Under the pieces are notes generated by a model, which saw nothing but the letters and a program-made list of their open reading frames with translations, made no database searches and was not told the origin of the DNA. A program made the translations under genes and the position numbers. Below are positions 63,342 to 64,000 of a stretch of 64,000 bases of DNA, one piece after another (positions within the stretch are counted from its first letter, which is position 1; every line of letters begins with the position of its first letter). This DNA is from an uncultured Dehalococcoidia bacterium (GTDB taxonomy: Bacteria; Chloroflexota; Dehalococcoidia; Lucifugimonadales; UBA1123): positions 1,813,800 to 1,877,799 of the forward strand of contig OY282441.1 in assembly GCA_958296105.1 (NCBI GenBank), in the 5' to 3' direction.

Positions 63342-63367
63342 GGGGACTTGAAATCCCCACTTCTTTT
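63342..63367 (+). terminator. Possible intrinsic terminator (GGGGA-cttgaaa-TCCCC followed by acTTCTTTT)
   Basis: Short 5-bp stem plus a T-rich tail, directly after the DedA repeat array. Confidence 0.35.
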
Positions 63368-64000
63368 GAGGAATCCCCAGACATTTAACTCTGGACGCCT
63401 ACTGTCAGGAGACGTCAGCCGGGCGGTTTCGGGCTACCCTCACCGATTGGAGGAGATAGCTTGTTCGGCTCTCTCAGCGGTTTTGGGCTACCCTCGCTGA
63501 TCCCCAGACACTCAGTTCTGTGCGCCCATTGTCAAGAGGCGGAAGAGTCGTAACCCTCCCGCGCGCGGTGTGGAGATTTAGAGCGGAGTCCGAACTGCGA
63601 GGTCTCGCCGGGGATTTCGAGGATCGGGTCTCAACCGACTCGCCCCGTCGCGGCGGGAGACCGTCCTGACCACCACACCCACTGTGTGAACCCCAGCCCG
63701 TCCATCATCCCCTCCCGGCTCTTGTACCTCCAGCCGCCTTGTATTCGATTTGCTGCGGGAGAAGAGACGGTGGAGGACACGAGTCCCTGTCGCTCCCGGC
63801 TGCCGTTTTGTATCCGATCTTGCTTCTGCCTATGTCCCGCCTTGGCGCGTCACTTATGAGACGAGTTCAGCGCCAGCCGTCCGAGCTTTCGGATCGCCGC
63901 GTACCCTGCGCTCCATATCCACAAGCTCTCGACCACCGCCCGCCGCGCCGTGCCGCCTCCCCATCGAACTGTCTGATATTCCTCCGAACGGCTTCAATGG

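Overview
High-GC bacterial chromosomal segment, densely coding, with no rRNA, CRISPR array, transposase or integrase recognised. The gene content (many GMC/thiolase/MFS/GGT-type catabolic genes, an atypical Ccm system, selenoproteins) loosely suggests a marine Chloroflexota-like organism, but that is inference only. The left end holds the replication-initiation neighbourhood: rpsU, obg, a DnaA-box cluster (candidate oriC) and dnaA. A more AT-rich C5-methyltransferase / restriction-enzyme-like / Vsr module sits directly upstream of dnaA. The rest is mostly housekeeping and catabolic genes: tyrS, tRNA-Asn, two GGT paralogues, an ATP-grasp/transglutaminase/alpha-E operon, ccmCDE, larE, a ThDP enzyme, a thiolase+DUF35 pair, panE and DedA. 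Small accessory islets lie between them.

Main signals that the ORF track alone does not explain:
1. Four genes are split in the ORF track only by an in-frame TGA. In each the TGA sits at a redox-motif position (UGSC, UGTC, and two UxxC thioredoxin-fold sites) and is followed by a hairpin, consistent with selenocysteine recoding.
2. Between larE and the ThDP-enzyme gene, the ThDP 5' end is fused to the larE 3' end in a chimeric junction that occurs twice. The two junctions plus the two parental gene ends bound three cassette slots, which hold a PaREP1/HEPN-like gene and two diverged paralogous pairs of membrane proteins.
3. A PIN-domain gene is translationally coupled to an unusually large (253 aa) upstream partner with no domain I recognise.
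4. Several repeat families are present: tRNA-Asn 3'-end copies in 83-bp tandem units, 34-bp repeats, REP-like hairpins, a triplicated DedA 3' end, and a 0.6-kb ORF-free tail.

All functional calls come from motif recognition by eye. No searches were run.
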